Shown here one piece after another: positions 8,543 to 19,399 of a DNA stretch of 64,000 nt. Position numbers and translations under genes: made by a program. The stretch comes from an uncultured virus (IMG/VR IMGVR_UViG_3300042384_001469) (lineage: Duplodnaviria; Heunggongvirae; Uroviricota; Caudoviricetes), in IMG/VR virus record IMGVR_UViG_3300042384_001469; one strand, 5' to 3'. The notes under the pieces were generated by a model, which did no database searches, had not been told where the DNA came from, and was given only the letters and a program-made list of their open reading frames with translations. Every line of letters begins with the position of its first letter. Positions within the stretch are counted from its first letter, which is position 1.

Positions 8543-10211
8543 AAAATGGAAGATAATCCATTGTTTCGTCTTTGTGAAGATTATTCCATGACAATATTCC
8601 ATCTTTATCAAAGATAAAGTCATATTCTTTCGTCCCACCACCACTTATAAACTTAGCAATAGGATTCCCCCACTTTTTCAAAGTCACGGTTTTTAACCTA
8701 ACATCTAAATCAAAAATTGCACCATGCCAAGTATCATCTAACACATTATTAAACCTTCCAAGTGTCTGAACTCGTTTAAAATGGACTGGTTGATTTTCAT
8801 TCATACCAAACTTACTGATTGAAGGTCTGTATTCGATTGATGCTCTCTCACCATCTTCCTTACGAAGTGATATAATTAATGATGAAGGTCTATCTTGATA
8901 AGTTCTTACACAATTAGACTGATGTACTGATTCATTAACATACTCTTCACTACTTTGTAAAACAACAGGGTTAAATACCATACCATCTTTTGTTATAATT
9001 GGTTTTGAAACTTGTTCAACAAATTCATTGGAATACTCTCTTGAATATTTTCCTTTGGTATAGAAGTCAACTTTGTCCGACCAAACACTATGTTCAGTGA
9101 TTAATTCTTTTAATGTTTTAGACATCCATTTAATCGGTTCATATCTTGATATGGTGTCAAAAAATCTTATGTGGTCGTAAAAAGTATGAATGGACGAATT
9201 AGGGTCTTTCTTACATAATAAGTAAGTAAGATAACAATTAATCATATCCCTTTTACCAAAATTTTCAAAATGATACACCGCAGGTTGAAATGGAGACTCA
9301 TCACCTTTGACATTAAAGATAATACATAACTCTTCTTCAGGTCTTTGTAAAATAAAATCTTTACCGAATATGTGTATCAAACTCTTAATACTTTTGAAAC
9401 AAGGGTTTTGGACTTTATGTAATACTTTTTTAATTTTCTCTGAACTTACATTATGTAATTTCATATAAGTATCAATCATCTTAAACCCATTTTTCTGATA
9501 GTCTTTTTTAGTTGGTTTTGGAAACACCTCGTAATACCCTCTCCAATTGTCAGGTTTCTTAACCCCTTGTTTGTCTAATAAACATCCAAATAAAGACATA
9601 GGTAACTTACTATAGTTTAAAATTCTTTCAGCCCCAAGTTTAGACAAAAATACATTAATACCTTCAATAACATCCAAACCATATGTTTCAGAGTCCTTAA
9701 TCCCATTCATAAAAGAATGATAACCATCCGTAGTTAATGACACCGGAAATGAGTTTCTTCTAACGACACTACCCTTACCCTTACCTCTTTTTTTATGGTA
9801 TTCAGTGTTTTTACCTACAGTAAAAATATTGGTTTTTTTATTAAATGTGATGTAATTTAGTTTAGTACTTTTTCTAAAAAATACTTCCCCAACCTTTCTG
9901 TGTTTACCACAGTAAAATACTTTTAAGCAAATCTTATCCTCATTCTCCTCAACAACAAAAGTACTTCTATATACAGTTACCTCACAAAGAGGGTTACCAT
10001 AGTTTTTTTCAAACTCTTCTTTATCACCATTTACAGATTTATCAAATGTATAAACATAATGCTTACCATCAAAGGATTCTTTGGCGTGATACCTATCTTT
10101 CAAACCAAATGGTTCTAAAAGAATACTATCGGCAACCTCCCCTACCGAATTGTAGGGGAGATAATAACCGACATAATGTTTTTCATTGATGAGTTTGAAT
10201 AAGTTCTCCAT
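8526..10211 (-). CDS. PcfJ-like domain protein
   Basis: C-terminal EEYVNESVHQSNCVRTY..IISLR..RASIEY..QTLGRFN. Confidence 0.7.
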   Translation of the reverse strand: MENLFKLINEKHYVGYYLPYNSVGEVADSILLEPFGLKDRYHAKESFDGKHYVYTFDKSVNGDKEEFEKNYGNPLCEVTVYRSTFVVEENEDKICLKVFYCGKHRKVGEVFFRKSTKLNYITFNKKTNIFTVGKNTEYHKKRGKGKGSVVRRNSFPVSLTTDGYHSFMNGIKDSETYGLDVIEGINVFLSKLGAERILNYSKLPMSLFGCLLDKQGVKKPDNWRGYYEVFPKPTKKDYQKNGFKMIDTYMKLHNVSSEKIKKVLHKVQNPCFKSIKSLIHIFGKDFILQRPEEELCIIFNVKGDESPFQPAVYHFENFGKRDMINCYLTYLLCKKDPNSSIHTFYDHIRFFDTISRYEPIKWMSKTLKELITEHSVWSDKVDFYTKGKYSREYSNEFVEQVSKPIITKDGMVFNPVVLQSSEEYVNESVHQSNCVRTYQDRPSSLIISLRKEDGERASIEYRPSISKFGMNENQPVHFKRVQTLGRFNNVLDDTWHGAIFDLDVRLKTVTLKKWGNPIAKFISGGGTKEYDFIFDKDGILSWNNLHKDETMDYLPFYEIDF

Positions 10212-10960
10212 TAGCAATATGTTTCAGCAAGTTCCCAAAGTTTGGTGTTAATTAAGTTGTCCATATTTAAGGATTGGATTCCCTTTACTGTTCTAACGTT
10301 ACGACCTTGTTGTTTGATGAATCCACCACGAATTAACTTCTCTTGAACAACGTTGAAGGTGTTCCATAAGTTGTCTTCTCGGTCTCCGTCACGAAGTGGG
10401 TCAATGATTGTCTCCAAAGTCAAAGATGAAATGTCTTCAGTGTTCTTCCAACGAATTCCAACAGCCTTCGATACAAAGTCAATCTTTCTGTCAGTATCCA
10501 TAGTCACTTCCATCATACGATTTACTGACTTTTGAATTTTTGGAGTGTTTAACACGAACTGCTCAGTAATCATCTCAACATCACTCATACTCAAATTTAA
10601 GTGAGTTTGTTTCATATCTCCGAATGTCGATACAGGAACTGTAAGACCATTAGAACATACCAATCTGTGTAGTCCGGCTCCAATTTGAAGAGCTGATGTA
10701 CCATTGTGTGAGTTAGTGATTACCGCCTCTAATAATGAGTCACCTACTTGTGGTAAATCTGAGTTACGAAGACGAATTTGGTGTTTACCATAGGCGGTCT
10801 TACCAACTTGTTTTGCCGAACTAACTTGCCAACCATTTTGGATAAATTTATCTACCACATCAATAGTGGGAACCATTACATAACGGTCAGATAATTTTGA
10901 AAGTTTTTCTGTTTGGAAAAGTGAAGGTACGTTTTCTTGAAGTGACTCTATGTTTATCAT
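10211..10960 (-). CDS. DUF932/DUF945 family protein
   Basis: SDRY..PT, NSHNGTSALQ..GLHRLVCSNGL, LWNTFNVVQEKLIRGG; TATCTTTG promoter at 10993-10986. Confidence 0.85.
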   Translation of the reverse strand: MINIESLQENVPSLFQTEKLSKLSDRYVMVPTIDVVDKFIQNGWQVSSAKQVGKTAYGKHQIRLRNSDLPQVGDSLLEAVITNSHNGTSALQIGAGLHRLVCSNGLTVPVSTFGDMKQTHLNLSMSDVEMITEQFVLNTPKIQKSVNRMMEVTMDTDRKIDFVSKAVGIRWKNTEDISSLTLETIIDPLRDGDREDNLWNTFNVVQEKLIRGGFIKQQGRNVRTVKGIQSLNMDNLINTKLWELAETYC

Positions 10961-11003
10961 ATTATTTGGTGTTTAATTATGAGTACAAAGATACATCAAA
11001 ATT

Positions 11004-11294
11004 CTAATTCAACCAAATAATTCCGTAATTTGTTTTAATAACAGGGACTAATACTTCTATCTTTTCACCCTTTTTAGTCATTTCGTCGTACATACCAACT
11101 ACAATATCAATAAGCTGTTTTTGGGTGAGTTGTATTTCCTCACCCTTTTCAGCGTTTTCGTAAACTTTTTCTCTTAATTTTTTGTAGAAAGCATCCTTAT
11201 TCATTTCACCGATAAGGTCAATAAGGTCATTAGGATTTTTTTCAAAGAATCCTAAAAGGTTGTTTAAATATATTTCAGCTTCTACATTATTCAT
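11004..11294 (-). CDS. Hypothetical protein
   Basis: 96-aa ORF; TATATTTG at 11320-11313. Confidence 0.7.
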   Translation of the reverse strand: MNNVEAEIYLNNLLGFFEKNPNDLIDLIGEMNKDAFYKKLREKVYENAEKGEEIQLTQKQLIDIVVGMYDEMTKKGEKIEVLVPVIKTNYGIIWLN

Positions 11295-11342
11295 AATCTA
11301 AAATTTAAACAACAAATATAAGAATTTTTTTTCAAATTCTAA

Positions 11343-12704
11343 TTACATAATGTAATAAAAACCATCACCTTGGTCGTCAAGTTTTGATTTCAACTCTTCA
11401 GGAATATGTACGTTTTTGTTACTGTCTTTTAAGTTAATGAAAGCCAAGTTTTCAAAATCTCCAACACATGCCGGAATACTCTTTAAATTAGGGTTATTAG
11501 GTAACGCTAATAAAGTAAGTTGGTTACAATTACATAAAGTTTCAGGAACTTCGTCTACACAATTTTTCAACATTAACGCCTCCAAATTGTTAAATCTTCC
11601 AATACCCATTAAAACGTCAGATTTCCATCCTAAATTTCTATCACTTCTATTTTGAATCAATAAATGTTCAACATCGTCAGGTAAGTTATCAAAAAGTTCT
11701 TTAGGTCCGTAAATCGCAATAAACTTACCTGCTGAACTATCAGGAATATTAATTTCAACCTTTTTACCTCCCTGAGTTTTAAATCCTTTTGCAAATTCAG
11801 GTTTTAAATAATCAGCAATCTCTGCAAGTTTACCACCAGGACTCAATAATTTTACTAAATCTTGGTTGTGGTCATGTCTATCCATAAACTGATTAGATGG
11901 GAAATGGAATTGATATCTATCGACAGGTAATTGTGAAACTTGTCCACGTTGTTCAGCATCATTAGGTAAAATTACATATAAAGGACCATCCTTAATATAT
12001 CTTTCAAAATAAGTCAACCCAGGTGATGATGTACACCATCTTGATTCACCTTTATCATACTCATGTTGTCCACCATAGAAACATGCAGCATCTTTACCTA
12101 ATTTATCCTGTCTTTCAATTTTAATGACAGTCCAATTAGGACCTTTAAATACAATGTCACCACCAGGATGTGAATATGTCGTAGCAGCTTGTTTTTTCTC
12201 TTCTTTACTAGCTTTAACTTTTTCTAAAGAAAAATCTTTAACTAAGTTAAATAAAGTTTCAGGAGTTAACTTATTAATATCTCTTGAATCTTCAGGTAAT
12301 CTACCTTTATATTTTTCAAATTTTTTGAGGTCAGTTGTTGTCTTATATAAATCCTCCAAAAACAAATCTCTGAAATTTTTCAATTGTTTTTTATACTCAG
12401 GAGTACCAACTTCAGCAGTAATAGTTGCAGATGTTGGAGCGATAAAACTTTTCAATAACCACTGTGTGTATTTACCAACCTTCACATTATCCATTTGTTC
12501 AGGAGTTAATGTGTCAATATCACCTTCCATACCTCTTGGTATTTTAGTATCTGGGTCAGCAAATATCAATGCTTTTAATATTTCAAACGGAATTTTCTTA
12601 CCTTCCTTCTTATCTTTTTCAGTTTTTTGAACAAGTTTGTCATATAGTAGCTTAAATCTTGAATTTTCGACAATAAGCGACTTTAATAAATTTGTAAATT
12701 TCAT
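11343..12704 (-). CDS. Phage protein with a central WCTS/YQFHF domain and C-terminal leucine-rich repeats
   Basis: IGRFNNLEALML..VPETLCNCNQLTLLALPNNPNLKSIPACVGDFENLAFINL; TATTTAT upstream. Confidence 0.7.
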   Translation of the reverse strand: MKFTNLLKSLIVENSRFKLLYDKLVQKTEKDKKEGKKIPFEILKALIFADPDTKIPRGMEGDIDTLTPEQMDNVKVGKYTQWLLKSFIAPTSATITAEVGTPEYKKQLKNFRDLFLEDLYKTTTDLKKFEKYKGRLPEDSRDINKLTPETLFNLVKDFSLEKVKASKEEKKQAATTYSHPGGDIVFKGPNWTVIKIERQDKLGKDAACFYGGQHEYDKGESRWCTSSPGLTYFERYIKDGPLYVILPNDAEQRGQVSQLPVDRYQFHFPSNQFMDRHDHNQDLVKLLSPGGKLAEIADYLKPEFAKGFKTQGGKKVEINIPDSSAGKFIAIYGPKELFDNLPDDVEHLLIQNRSDRNLGWKSDVLMGIGRFNNLEALMLKNCVDEVPETLCNCNQLTLLALPNNPNLKSIPACVGDFENLAFINLKDSNKNVHIPEELKSKLDDQGDGFYYIM

Positions 12705-12729
12705 CTTTTGAGTTTTTACAATAAATATA

Positions 12730-13569
12730 TCAATAATTCATAATTAACAATTCCTCACCCATATTTTGTGATTTTCCTTTTTTAGCAGCGGCTGCCTTAG
12801 CAAATTCTTTTTTCTCCCATTTATATTGACTTTCAGGAAACCAAGTGTGTAATAGTTCAAAATCATAATACGATAGTGAAAATTTTCCTTGTATATTTTT
12901 TAAAGAATTCGCAAGACGCTCATGGTCATCTCTATCAAAATCATGGTTTGAGTAATAATTTTCAGTTTTCCAATATGGAGGGTCAAGATAAAAATATGTA
13001 GTAGGACTATCAAATTCTTTAATAACATTTTCAAAGTCACCTAATCTGAAATGACTTATTTTATTAAAATGCTCAACCCATTCAGGTTTAGATAATTTAT
13101 CTCTGAATGTAAGATATTTTGATTTGTATTTACCTTTTAAATCAATAAATGAACTTGTTTCTGGTTTTGAACCACTGAATACCTGAGTTAAAACATAAGC
13201 GTACTTAGCAGCGATATCATAGTCAGGGTAATTAATTGCAAATCCCTCCCCAAATATTTCTTTTTGAAAATCCTGAAACTGTTCTTTGTAAATTGGTGGG
13301 GTCACTTCCTCTCCTTTTTCCTGACAGGGAATTCTATTCACCGCAGATAAAAGAACTTCGGGATTTTGAAGACACATAAACAAATTGTAATTAAGTGGAT
13401 TAAAGTCGTTATAAACAACTCGTTTAAGATTTGGAAATTGTTTTAAGTCCATATTAAAGAAACACCAAAACATCCCTCCAAAAGTCTCCACATATGTTTC
13501 CATATCTTTTGGGTAAAACGGAACAATCCATTTACCAATTTTACTCTTACCTCCAATATATGATAGCAT
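12730..13569 (-). CDS. Dam/D12-class (alpha) N6-adenine DNA methyltransferase
   Basis: YIGGKSK, ETFGG, YND, YLDPPY. Confidence 0.9.
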   Translation of the reverse strand: MLSYIGGKSKIGKWIVPFYPKDMETYVETFGGMFWCFFNMDLKQFPNLKRVVYNDFNPLNYNLFMCLQNPEVLLSAVNRIPCQEKGEEVTPPIYKEQFQDFQKEIFGEGFAINYPDYDIAAKYAYVLTQVFSGSKPETSSFIDLKGKYKSKYLTFRDKLSKPEWVEHFNKISHFRLGDFENVIKEFDSPTTYFYLDPPYWKTENYYSNHDFDRDDHERLANSLKNIQGKFSLSYYDFELLHTWFPESQYKWEKKEFAKAAAAKKGKSQNMGEELLIMNY

Positions 13570-13621
13570 AATTTTTTTGGTAAAAATATAACATTAAATA
13601 TTAGAAATATCAACTTTAGAA

Positions 13622-14083
13622 TTAAAGTGACATCAATTTTTTAAGAAGGTCCTCTTTTGTTAACTGTTTTTTGAATTTCTTAACAGGTTGTTTTGTCTCG
13701 ACAACGGGTTTAACATTTTTTTCTTCTTCTTGTTCAAATACTTGAACTTTTAATTTTGGTTTTTCTTCAACTTGTTCTGAAACCGTAACATTCACTTTTT
13801 TGTTTGTTTTAACGTTGAAGTCTGAGGACCATGGCTCAAAATAAACATCATCAGCAATAACTTCAAGTCTCATATTACCTTTTGTACCTTCAGGTAAAAA
13901 GTGTTTTGTTTTTGGGATGTTAACTTCACAAACTCCATTATTTTCGATACTACCATTAAACATGTATGACATGTCATTTGTTTCAACAACTAATCTAACT
14001 TTAGACTTAGATAAGGAAGTACCTTCAATTTCAATATTACAATTGAATTTATTTGGTTTGTCTGTATATAAATTGTATCCCAT
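13622..14083 (-). CDS. Hypothetical, probably structural protein
   Basis: Beta-rich N-terminus; TATTTAT upstream. Confidence 0.65.
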   Translation of the reverse strand: MGYNLYTDKPNKFNCNIEIEGTSLSKSKVRLVVETNDMSYMFNGSIENNGVCEVNIPKTKHFLPEGTKGNMRLEVIADDVYFEPWSSDFNVKTNKKVNVTVSEQVEEKPKLKVQVFEQEEEKNVKPVVETKQPVKKFKKQLTKEDLLKKLMSL

Positions 14084-14097
14084 ATCTTATAAATATA

Positions 14098-14436
14098 TCA
14101 ATCTTCATTAATTTTAACATTGACTTTTATAAATTTTTCTTGAGCCATTGCAACTTCAATATCTTTAAGTTTTATTTTAACTTTTGTATTTTTATTTTTA
14201 TTAACTCTTTTTTCAAACTCTATCTCATCAACTTCTAATCTGACAAAAAGTTTTATTAAAATTTCCTTTTCATCGTCTGTTAATTCTTTTATTCTTTCTT
14301 TAGTTTTTTTGTAATTGTCCCTACCGGCACTAACTACATCTAATATTTTTTCAATAATACACCCTTCCACCCATGTAAAAGGGGTATCAATCCACGCAAA
14401 AGGTGCGTCACTCCATTTATAACAAACAGTTGCCAT
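14098..14436 (-). CDS. Hypothetical protein
   Basis: 112-aa ORF; TATTTAT upstream. Confidence 0.65.
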   Translation of the reverse strand: MATVCYKWSDAPFAWIDTPFTWVEGCIIEKILDVVSAGRDNYKKTKERIKELTDDEKEILIKLFVRLEVDEIEFEKRVNKNKNTKVKIKLKDIEVAMAQEKFIKVNVKINED

Positions 14437-14438
14437 AC

Positions 14439-14450
14439 TATTTATAAATA
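14439..14450. promoter_or_regulatory. Palindromic TATTTATAAATA, candidate bidirectional late promoter
   Basis: Gives TATTTAT on both strands between the divergent genes at 14436 (-) and 14475 (+). Confidence 0.5.
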
Positions 14451-14474
14451 ACTTAAAATTTGTAAAATTAAAGC

Positions 14475-17400
14475 ATGGCCGATATTAAAAACCAATTAAT
14501 TAAAGATTCTTATAATTACGTCTTACAATCTGACTTATCAACAGGTATTGTTTATCGTATCGGTGGAGCCATTCCTGTTAATCCAATCTTTTTATCGGGA
14601 CTTACTATAAATAGTGGATTTACGTATTCTAATGGAACTGAACAAAATGGTTATGTATTAACTTGTGATGCTTCAGGTAACGCCAATTGGGGTCCTGCTG
14701 GAGGAACAACAGGTGTATATCTTCCGTTAAGTGGTGGAACTGTATCGGGGGGGACTATATTCCAAAGTGGACTAACTGCTAACACAATTTCAGCAACAAC
14801 TTATCAGAATTTACCAACCGATGTTTATGTTACAGGAGGAACTTATACAAATGGAGAAATTACCTTTTTAAATAATACAGGAGGAACTTTTACGGTTACT
14901 GGACTTCCAATAGGAGGACCTGGAGGTCAAGTATATTATTTAAATTTATCAAACTCACAACCACCATATAGAGAATTTAGTCCAAGTGGAACAACAAATT
15001 CACAACAAATAACGGCTGTTACAATTAACAATGGAGTAACTAGTACGATTACCTCATTTCAAACACCAACTGGATATCCAAACGCATCTCTAATACCTGC
15101 AGGATATTGGAGCTTTTATCTTCATTCTTTCAAACAAAATAGTAACGCATCTTTTGATATATTCTGTGAGGTTTATTTAAGAACCACAGGGGGAACCGAA
15201 ACTCTACTTGTTACAACTGACCCGGCTCCAGTAACTACAAATTCCCCAAATCCATCAATGCAATTAACGGACGGATATTATTCGGGTTCATCAATAAATA
15301 CAACTGACAGAATTGTTGTAAAAGTAAGAGCAACGAATACTAGTAATCAATCACATTCAATAACTTTAGTCACTGAAGGTACCCAACATTATTCTTATGG
15401 AATAACACCATTTTCAGACAATTCGGCTTTGACTTGTGGTACATTAAGCGGATGTTCAATAATTCAAACAATTCAAACCGATATAAGTAATAAATTTGAT
15501 AAAAGTGGTGGAACTATTAATGGCAACTTAACCGTAACAGGAAATACTTCACTACAAGGATTAACTGCAACTACAATATCTGCAACCACATATCAAAACT
15601 TACCATCATCATTTCAATCTGTAAGAATTAGTGGTACCACACAATTCTCCGCAAATACTGGAACTTTTATAAATTTTAGTGGTGTTAATATATCAATTAC
15701 TTCAGCGTCAACAAATACATTAGTTTTTAGTGGGTCACCTCAGTTCACGGTGCCAGGTTCAAACAATCAGGTTTTAACATCTGATGGTAGTGGAGGCGCA
15801 GTTGCAGAATCATTGTTAACATTTGATGGTGCCGCAACCTCACCAACGTTGAATGTGAATGGTGTTCGTGTTGGTAGAGGTAATTTTAACGTATGTACTA
15901 ATATATCAATTGGTGGTGTTGCATTTAGTGGAGTGGCTCCTGGAGGGAATAACATTGCGATAGGACAACAGTCACAAACAAGTAATCTTGGACAAGGTAA
16001 TACATCAATTGGGTATAAGTCTTTAAGAAGTAAAACCATAGGTGATTTTAACATATCCTTAGGTCATAAATCTATGTCCAGTTCTCAATCAGTATGTTAT
16101 GGCCTGAATTACAATATATCCATTGGATATAAAAATATGTACCAAGCATGTGGGAATAATAACATATCTATGGGGAGTTCTTCTCTTTATAATATCTCTC
16201 AATGTATGTTTGGAAATATTGCAATTGGTGATAAATCATTACGTGAGGGGACTAGTATTTCTCGTAATATTGGGATAGGTACTAATTCTTTAAAAAAGTT
16301 GTCTACAGGTTATTGTAATATCGGTATAGGTGATTATGCGTTATATGGTTACGGATGTTCAATTAGTTTTTCTCGTAACATTGCATTGGGTTTCAAAAGT
16401 CAAAAAAATAAATGTGCAGGTGATGATAATATTTCCTTAGGTGTTACATCATTGTATTGTAATCCCAACGGTTCCAAGAATATTGCAATTGGGACTAATG
16501 CTATAAGACAAAACTCGAATTGTTTAACAAGTGGTATTGGTAATATTGGAATCGGATATGATTCTTTAAGAAACAATACTTCGGCTTCAGACCATAACAT
16601 TGCAATTGGTCAGGCGGCATTGTATTACAATACAGGAGCACAAGGACCAAAACCTGATTTTAACGTTGCAATTGGTAGGTGTTCAATGTTAAATAATAAT
16701 AATGGTTGTGAAAATATTGCAATTGGTAGAAGAGCTTTGATGAGTAATTCAGGATGTTATTCCAACCAAGGTTGTGGTAATGTTGCGTTAGGTAGAGGTA
16801 CAATGGCCAACAATTTTACGGGTAATTATAATATTGCAATAGGTAGAAGTTCTTTATATAGTAATACTACAGGTGTACACAACATTGCGTTAGGTAGAAA
16901 TTCAGGTGGAGAAATTACAACAGGTAGTAACAATATTTCATTAGGATATAACTCATTATACTATACAAGTACAGGTAGAGACAACATTGCAATTGGTAAT
17001 CAGGCGTTATGTTATAATACTGATGGGGTTAGAAATATTGCGATAGGTTATCAATCACTTCGTAAATCGGACAAAAAATCTGATAATATAGCAATTGGGC
17101 CCAATACATTACATGATTGGGTTGGTGGTGAAAGTAGACTATCAAATATTGCAATCGGATTGAATTCCCTATATGGTGGTACAACAAACTCAGGAGCGCC
17201 GTACTACACAACAAATTACTCAAAATTTTCAGGTAATATTGCGATAGGGCAAGAATCTCAATCTTGCAACTATTATGGAAATTTAAATGTGAGTTTAGGA
17301 CATAATACTCTCACTTTTAATGTATATGGCAGTGAAAATGTTGCAATAGGTAGTGGTGCTCTATATAGGGCTAATGGAGGTAATAATAACATTGCAATAG

Positions 17401-17858
17401 GGACTAAATCAATTGGTTATACTGGTCCAGTACCTGTTGGAAATCACAACATTGCTATTGGATATTATAGTTTTGGAAGAACGTCTTGCGGTGGTAGTTA
17501 TAATATTCTTTTAGGTCTTAAATCAATGTATGGAAGTAATGGTGGTTCTCATAATATTGGATTGGGCTATTGTGTTTTATTTTCTAACTATGGACAATCA
17601 AATATTGCACTTGGATATAAATCATTATATCAAAACACCTCAGGGTACCGAAATATTGCAATTGGTAATAATACAAATTCAGGAAATTATAATTATTCAA
17701 TTATTCTTGGTGGTTATGCTACGGCAACTGGAAATAATCAATTTGTTGTAGGTAGTTCCTCAATTCCTATTGGTACTATAACAACTGAGTCGTGCAGTTC
17801 CTCAAGGACTTGGGAAATAAGAATTAACGGAAATTCTTACAAAGTTTTATTAGCTTAA
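14475..17858 (+). CDS. Tail fibre/adhesin with many NIAIG beta-helical (trimeric-autotransporter-head-like) repeats
   Basis: 1127 aa, G/S/T/N-rich; about 40 N(I/V)(A/S/G)(I/L)G repeats; YLPLSGGT and FDKSGGTINGNL fibre motifs. Confidence 0.8.
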   Translation: MADIKNQLIKDSYNYVLQSDLSTGIVYRIGGAIPVNPIFLSGLTINSGFTYSNGTEQNGYVLTCDASGNANWGPAGGTTGVYLPLSGGTVSGGTIFQSGLTANTISATTYQNLPTDVYVTGGTYTNGEITFLNNTGGTFTVTGLPIGGPGGQVYYLNLSNSQPPYREFSPSGTTNSQQITAVTINNGVTSTITSFQTPTGYPNASLIPAGYWSFYLHSFKQNSNASFDIFCEVYLRTTGGTETLLVTTDPAPVTTNSPNPSMQLTDGYYSGSSINTTDRIVVKVRATNTSNQSHSITLVTEGTQHYSYGITPFSDNSALTCGTLSGCSIIQTIQTDISNKFDKSGGTINGNLTVTGNTSLQGLTATTISATTYQNLPSSFQSVRISGTTQFSANTGTFINFSGVNISITSASTNTLVFSGSPQFTVPGSNNQVLTSDGSGGAVAESLLTFDGAATSPTLNVNGVRVGRGNFNVCTNISIGGVAFSGVAPGGNNIAIGQQSQTSNLGQGNTSIGYKSLRSKTIGDFNISLGHKSMSSSQSVCYGLNYNISIGYKNMYQACGNNNISMGSSSLYNISQCMFGNIAIGDKSLREGTSISRNIGIGTNSLKKLSTGYCNIGIGDYALYGYGCSISFSRNIALGFKSQKNKCAGDDNISLGVTSLYCNPNGSKNIAIGTNAIRQNSNCLTSGIGNIGIGYDSLRNNTSASDHNIAIGQAALYYNTGAQGPKPDFNVAIGRCSMLNNNNGCENIAIGRRALMSNSGCYSNQGCGNVALGRGTMANNFTGNYNIAIGRSSLYSNTTGVHNIALGRNSGGEITTGSNNISLGYNSLYYTSTGRDNIAIGNQALCYNTDGVRNIAIGYQSLRKSDKKSDNIAIGPNTLHDWVGGESRLSNIAIGLNSLYGGTTNSGAPYYTTNYSKFSGNIAIGQESQSCNYYGNLNVSLGHNTLTFNVYGSENVAIGSGALYRANGGNNNIAIGTKSIGYTGPVPVGNHNIAIGYYSFGRTSCGGSYNILLGLKSMYGSNGGSHNIGLGYCVLFSNYGQSNIALGYKSLYQNTSGYRNIAIGNNTNSGNYNYSIILGGYATATGNNQFVVGSSSIPIGTITTESCSSSRTWEIRINGNSYKVLLA

Positions 17859-17860
17859 CT

Positions 17861-17894
17861 TTGACATTTTTAGTTTTGTGGGTTAATATTAACC
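17861..17894 (+). promoter_or_regulatory. TTGACA-N17-TAATAT promoter overlapped by the palindrome GGTTAATATTAACC
   Basis: TTGACA 17861-17866, TAATAT 17884-17889, palindrome 17881-17894, ATG 17896. Confidence 0.65.
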
Positions 17895-17895
17895 T

Positions 17896-18711
17896 ATGAA
17901 GAAAATATTTTTTAACGCATCATTACCAAGAGCAGGGTCAACATTAATTCAAAACATATTAATGCAAAATCCTGAAATTTATTCAACACCAACTTCAGGA
18001 GTGATTGAGCTACTTTTACAAGCTAGAACCATATATACAACAGGTGACGCATTTAAAGCACAAAATCCTGATGAAATGAGAGAGGGATTAAAAAGTTTTT
18101 GTGAAAAAGGTTTAACGGGTTTTTTCGATAACATAACTGATAGACCCTATGTTATTGATAAGAGTAGAGCGTGGATAGGTAACTATCATTTCTTAAAGTG
18201 GTTTTACGGGACACCTAAAATTATTTGTATGGTTAGGGACCTAAGGGCAATTTTCTCTTCAATGGAAAAAAACTATAGAAAAAATTCACATAAAGACCCT
18301 CTATTAGTAAATGTCAATGAATTAAAAAATATGACAACAACATCAAGAGTTGACCATTTTTCAATATCTCCCCCAATTGGTCCATCATTAGAATGGTTAT
18401 TTGAGTCAATTCACCAAGGATATGACAAAGATATTCTTTTTGTTAGATTTGAAGACCTAACATCAAATCCTGATAAAGAGTTAAAACGGATTTACGATTA
18501 TTTGGAGATACCTTTTTATCAACACGACTTTAATAATATTGAGCAGTTAACTATTGAAAATGATGTCATACACGGAATTTTTGGTGACCACTCAATAAAA
18601 AATACATTATCTCAACCAAAAGAAGATTATAACGAAATATTAGGTGCTGATAATAGTAATAGATTATACGAACACTATAATTGGTTCTTCAATAAATTTA
18701 ATTATAAATAA
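17896..18711 (+). CDS. PAPS-dependent sulfotransferase (paralog 1)
   Basis: 5'-PSB loop SLPRAGSTL, DKSR, 3'-PB VRDLRAIFSS, RFEDL. Confidence 0.88.
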   Translation: MKKIFFNASLPRAGSTLIQNILMQNPEIYSTPTSGVIELLLQARTIYTTGDAFKAQNPDEMREGLKSFCEKGLTGFFDNITDRPYVIDKSRAWIGNYHFLKWFYGTPKIICMVRDLRAIFSSMEKNYRKNSHKDPLLVNVNELKNMTTTSRVDHFSISPPIGPSLEWLFESIHQGYDKDILFVRFEDLTSNPDKELKRIYDYLEIPFYQHDFNNIEQLTIENDVIHGIFGDHSIKNTLSQPKEDYNEILGADNSNRLYEHYNWFFNKFNYK

Positions 18712-18716
18712 GCTTT

Positions 18717-18974
18717 ATGGAAAACGATGAAATACCAAACCCAACTAAATCAATTAATTCAGCCTTTAATTCGGTGACACTAATAAATGGAATTATTGAT
18801 GGTTCTAAATTACCAACAGAAAAAATTGAAGTTAAAAAAACTACAGTCGAGAGAAATTACAAACATTTAGAAGTTATGAAAAGTAAAGATTGGTTTATGT
18901 CAGCATTAACTGAAACTCAATTAACGGAAATAAACGATACGATTCAATCAGGTAAAACTTATACACAACTATGA
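18717..18974 (+). CDS. Small phage protein of a type often found next to tail fibre genes
   Basis: SVTLIN...VERNYKHLEVM..KDW...I..GKTY pattern recalled from fibre-adjacent phage ORFs. Confidence 0.55.
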   Translation: MENDEIPNPTKSINSAFNSVTLINGIIDGSKLPTEKIEVKKTTVERNYKHLEVMKSKDWFMSALTETQLTEINDTIQSGKTYTQL

Positions 18975-19399
18975 TTTATTGGTTCACAGGTCAACCTGGC
19001 TCAGGAAAAACAACATTGGCGAATGCTTTAATTGAGAAGTGTTCAGATAATTGTATTAATGTTGATGGAGATGGTTTGAGGGAGTTATTTCAAAACTTTG
19101 ATTATTCACCTGAAGGTAGAATTAAAAATATCCAATCTGTTGTTGATTTGGCTCGTTTTTTAGACCACAAGGGATTTACAGTTGTAATTTCTGTTGTTGC
19201 TCCTTATAAAAGAATGAGGGACTCATTAAAAGAAACTAATGAAGTTTGTGAAATCTATGTTCACACAAGTGAAATCAGAGGTAGAGAACAAAACTTTGTT
19301 AAGGAGTATGAACAACCAACTGAAAACTTTATTGATATTGACACAACAAATAAAACTATAGACGAATGTCTTGATTTAATACCTTTTAATAAAAAATGA
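18971..19399 (+). CDS. cysC: Adenylyl-sulfate (APS) kinase
   Basis: WFTGQPGSGKTT, DGDGLR, DYSPEGRIKN, VVAPY..R, YEQP. Confidence 0.88.
   Translation: MIYWFTGQPGSGKTTLANALIEKCSDNCINVDGDGLRELFQNFDYSPEGRIKNIQSVVDLARFLDHKGFTVVISVVAPYKRMRDSLKETNEVCEIYVHTSEIRGREQNFVKEYEQPTENFIDIDTTNKTIDECLDLIPFNKK

Noticed and set aside
1268..13569. Complete restriction-modification systems
   Set aside because: No recognisable endonuclease next to either methyltransferase; treated as orphan MTases
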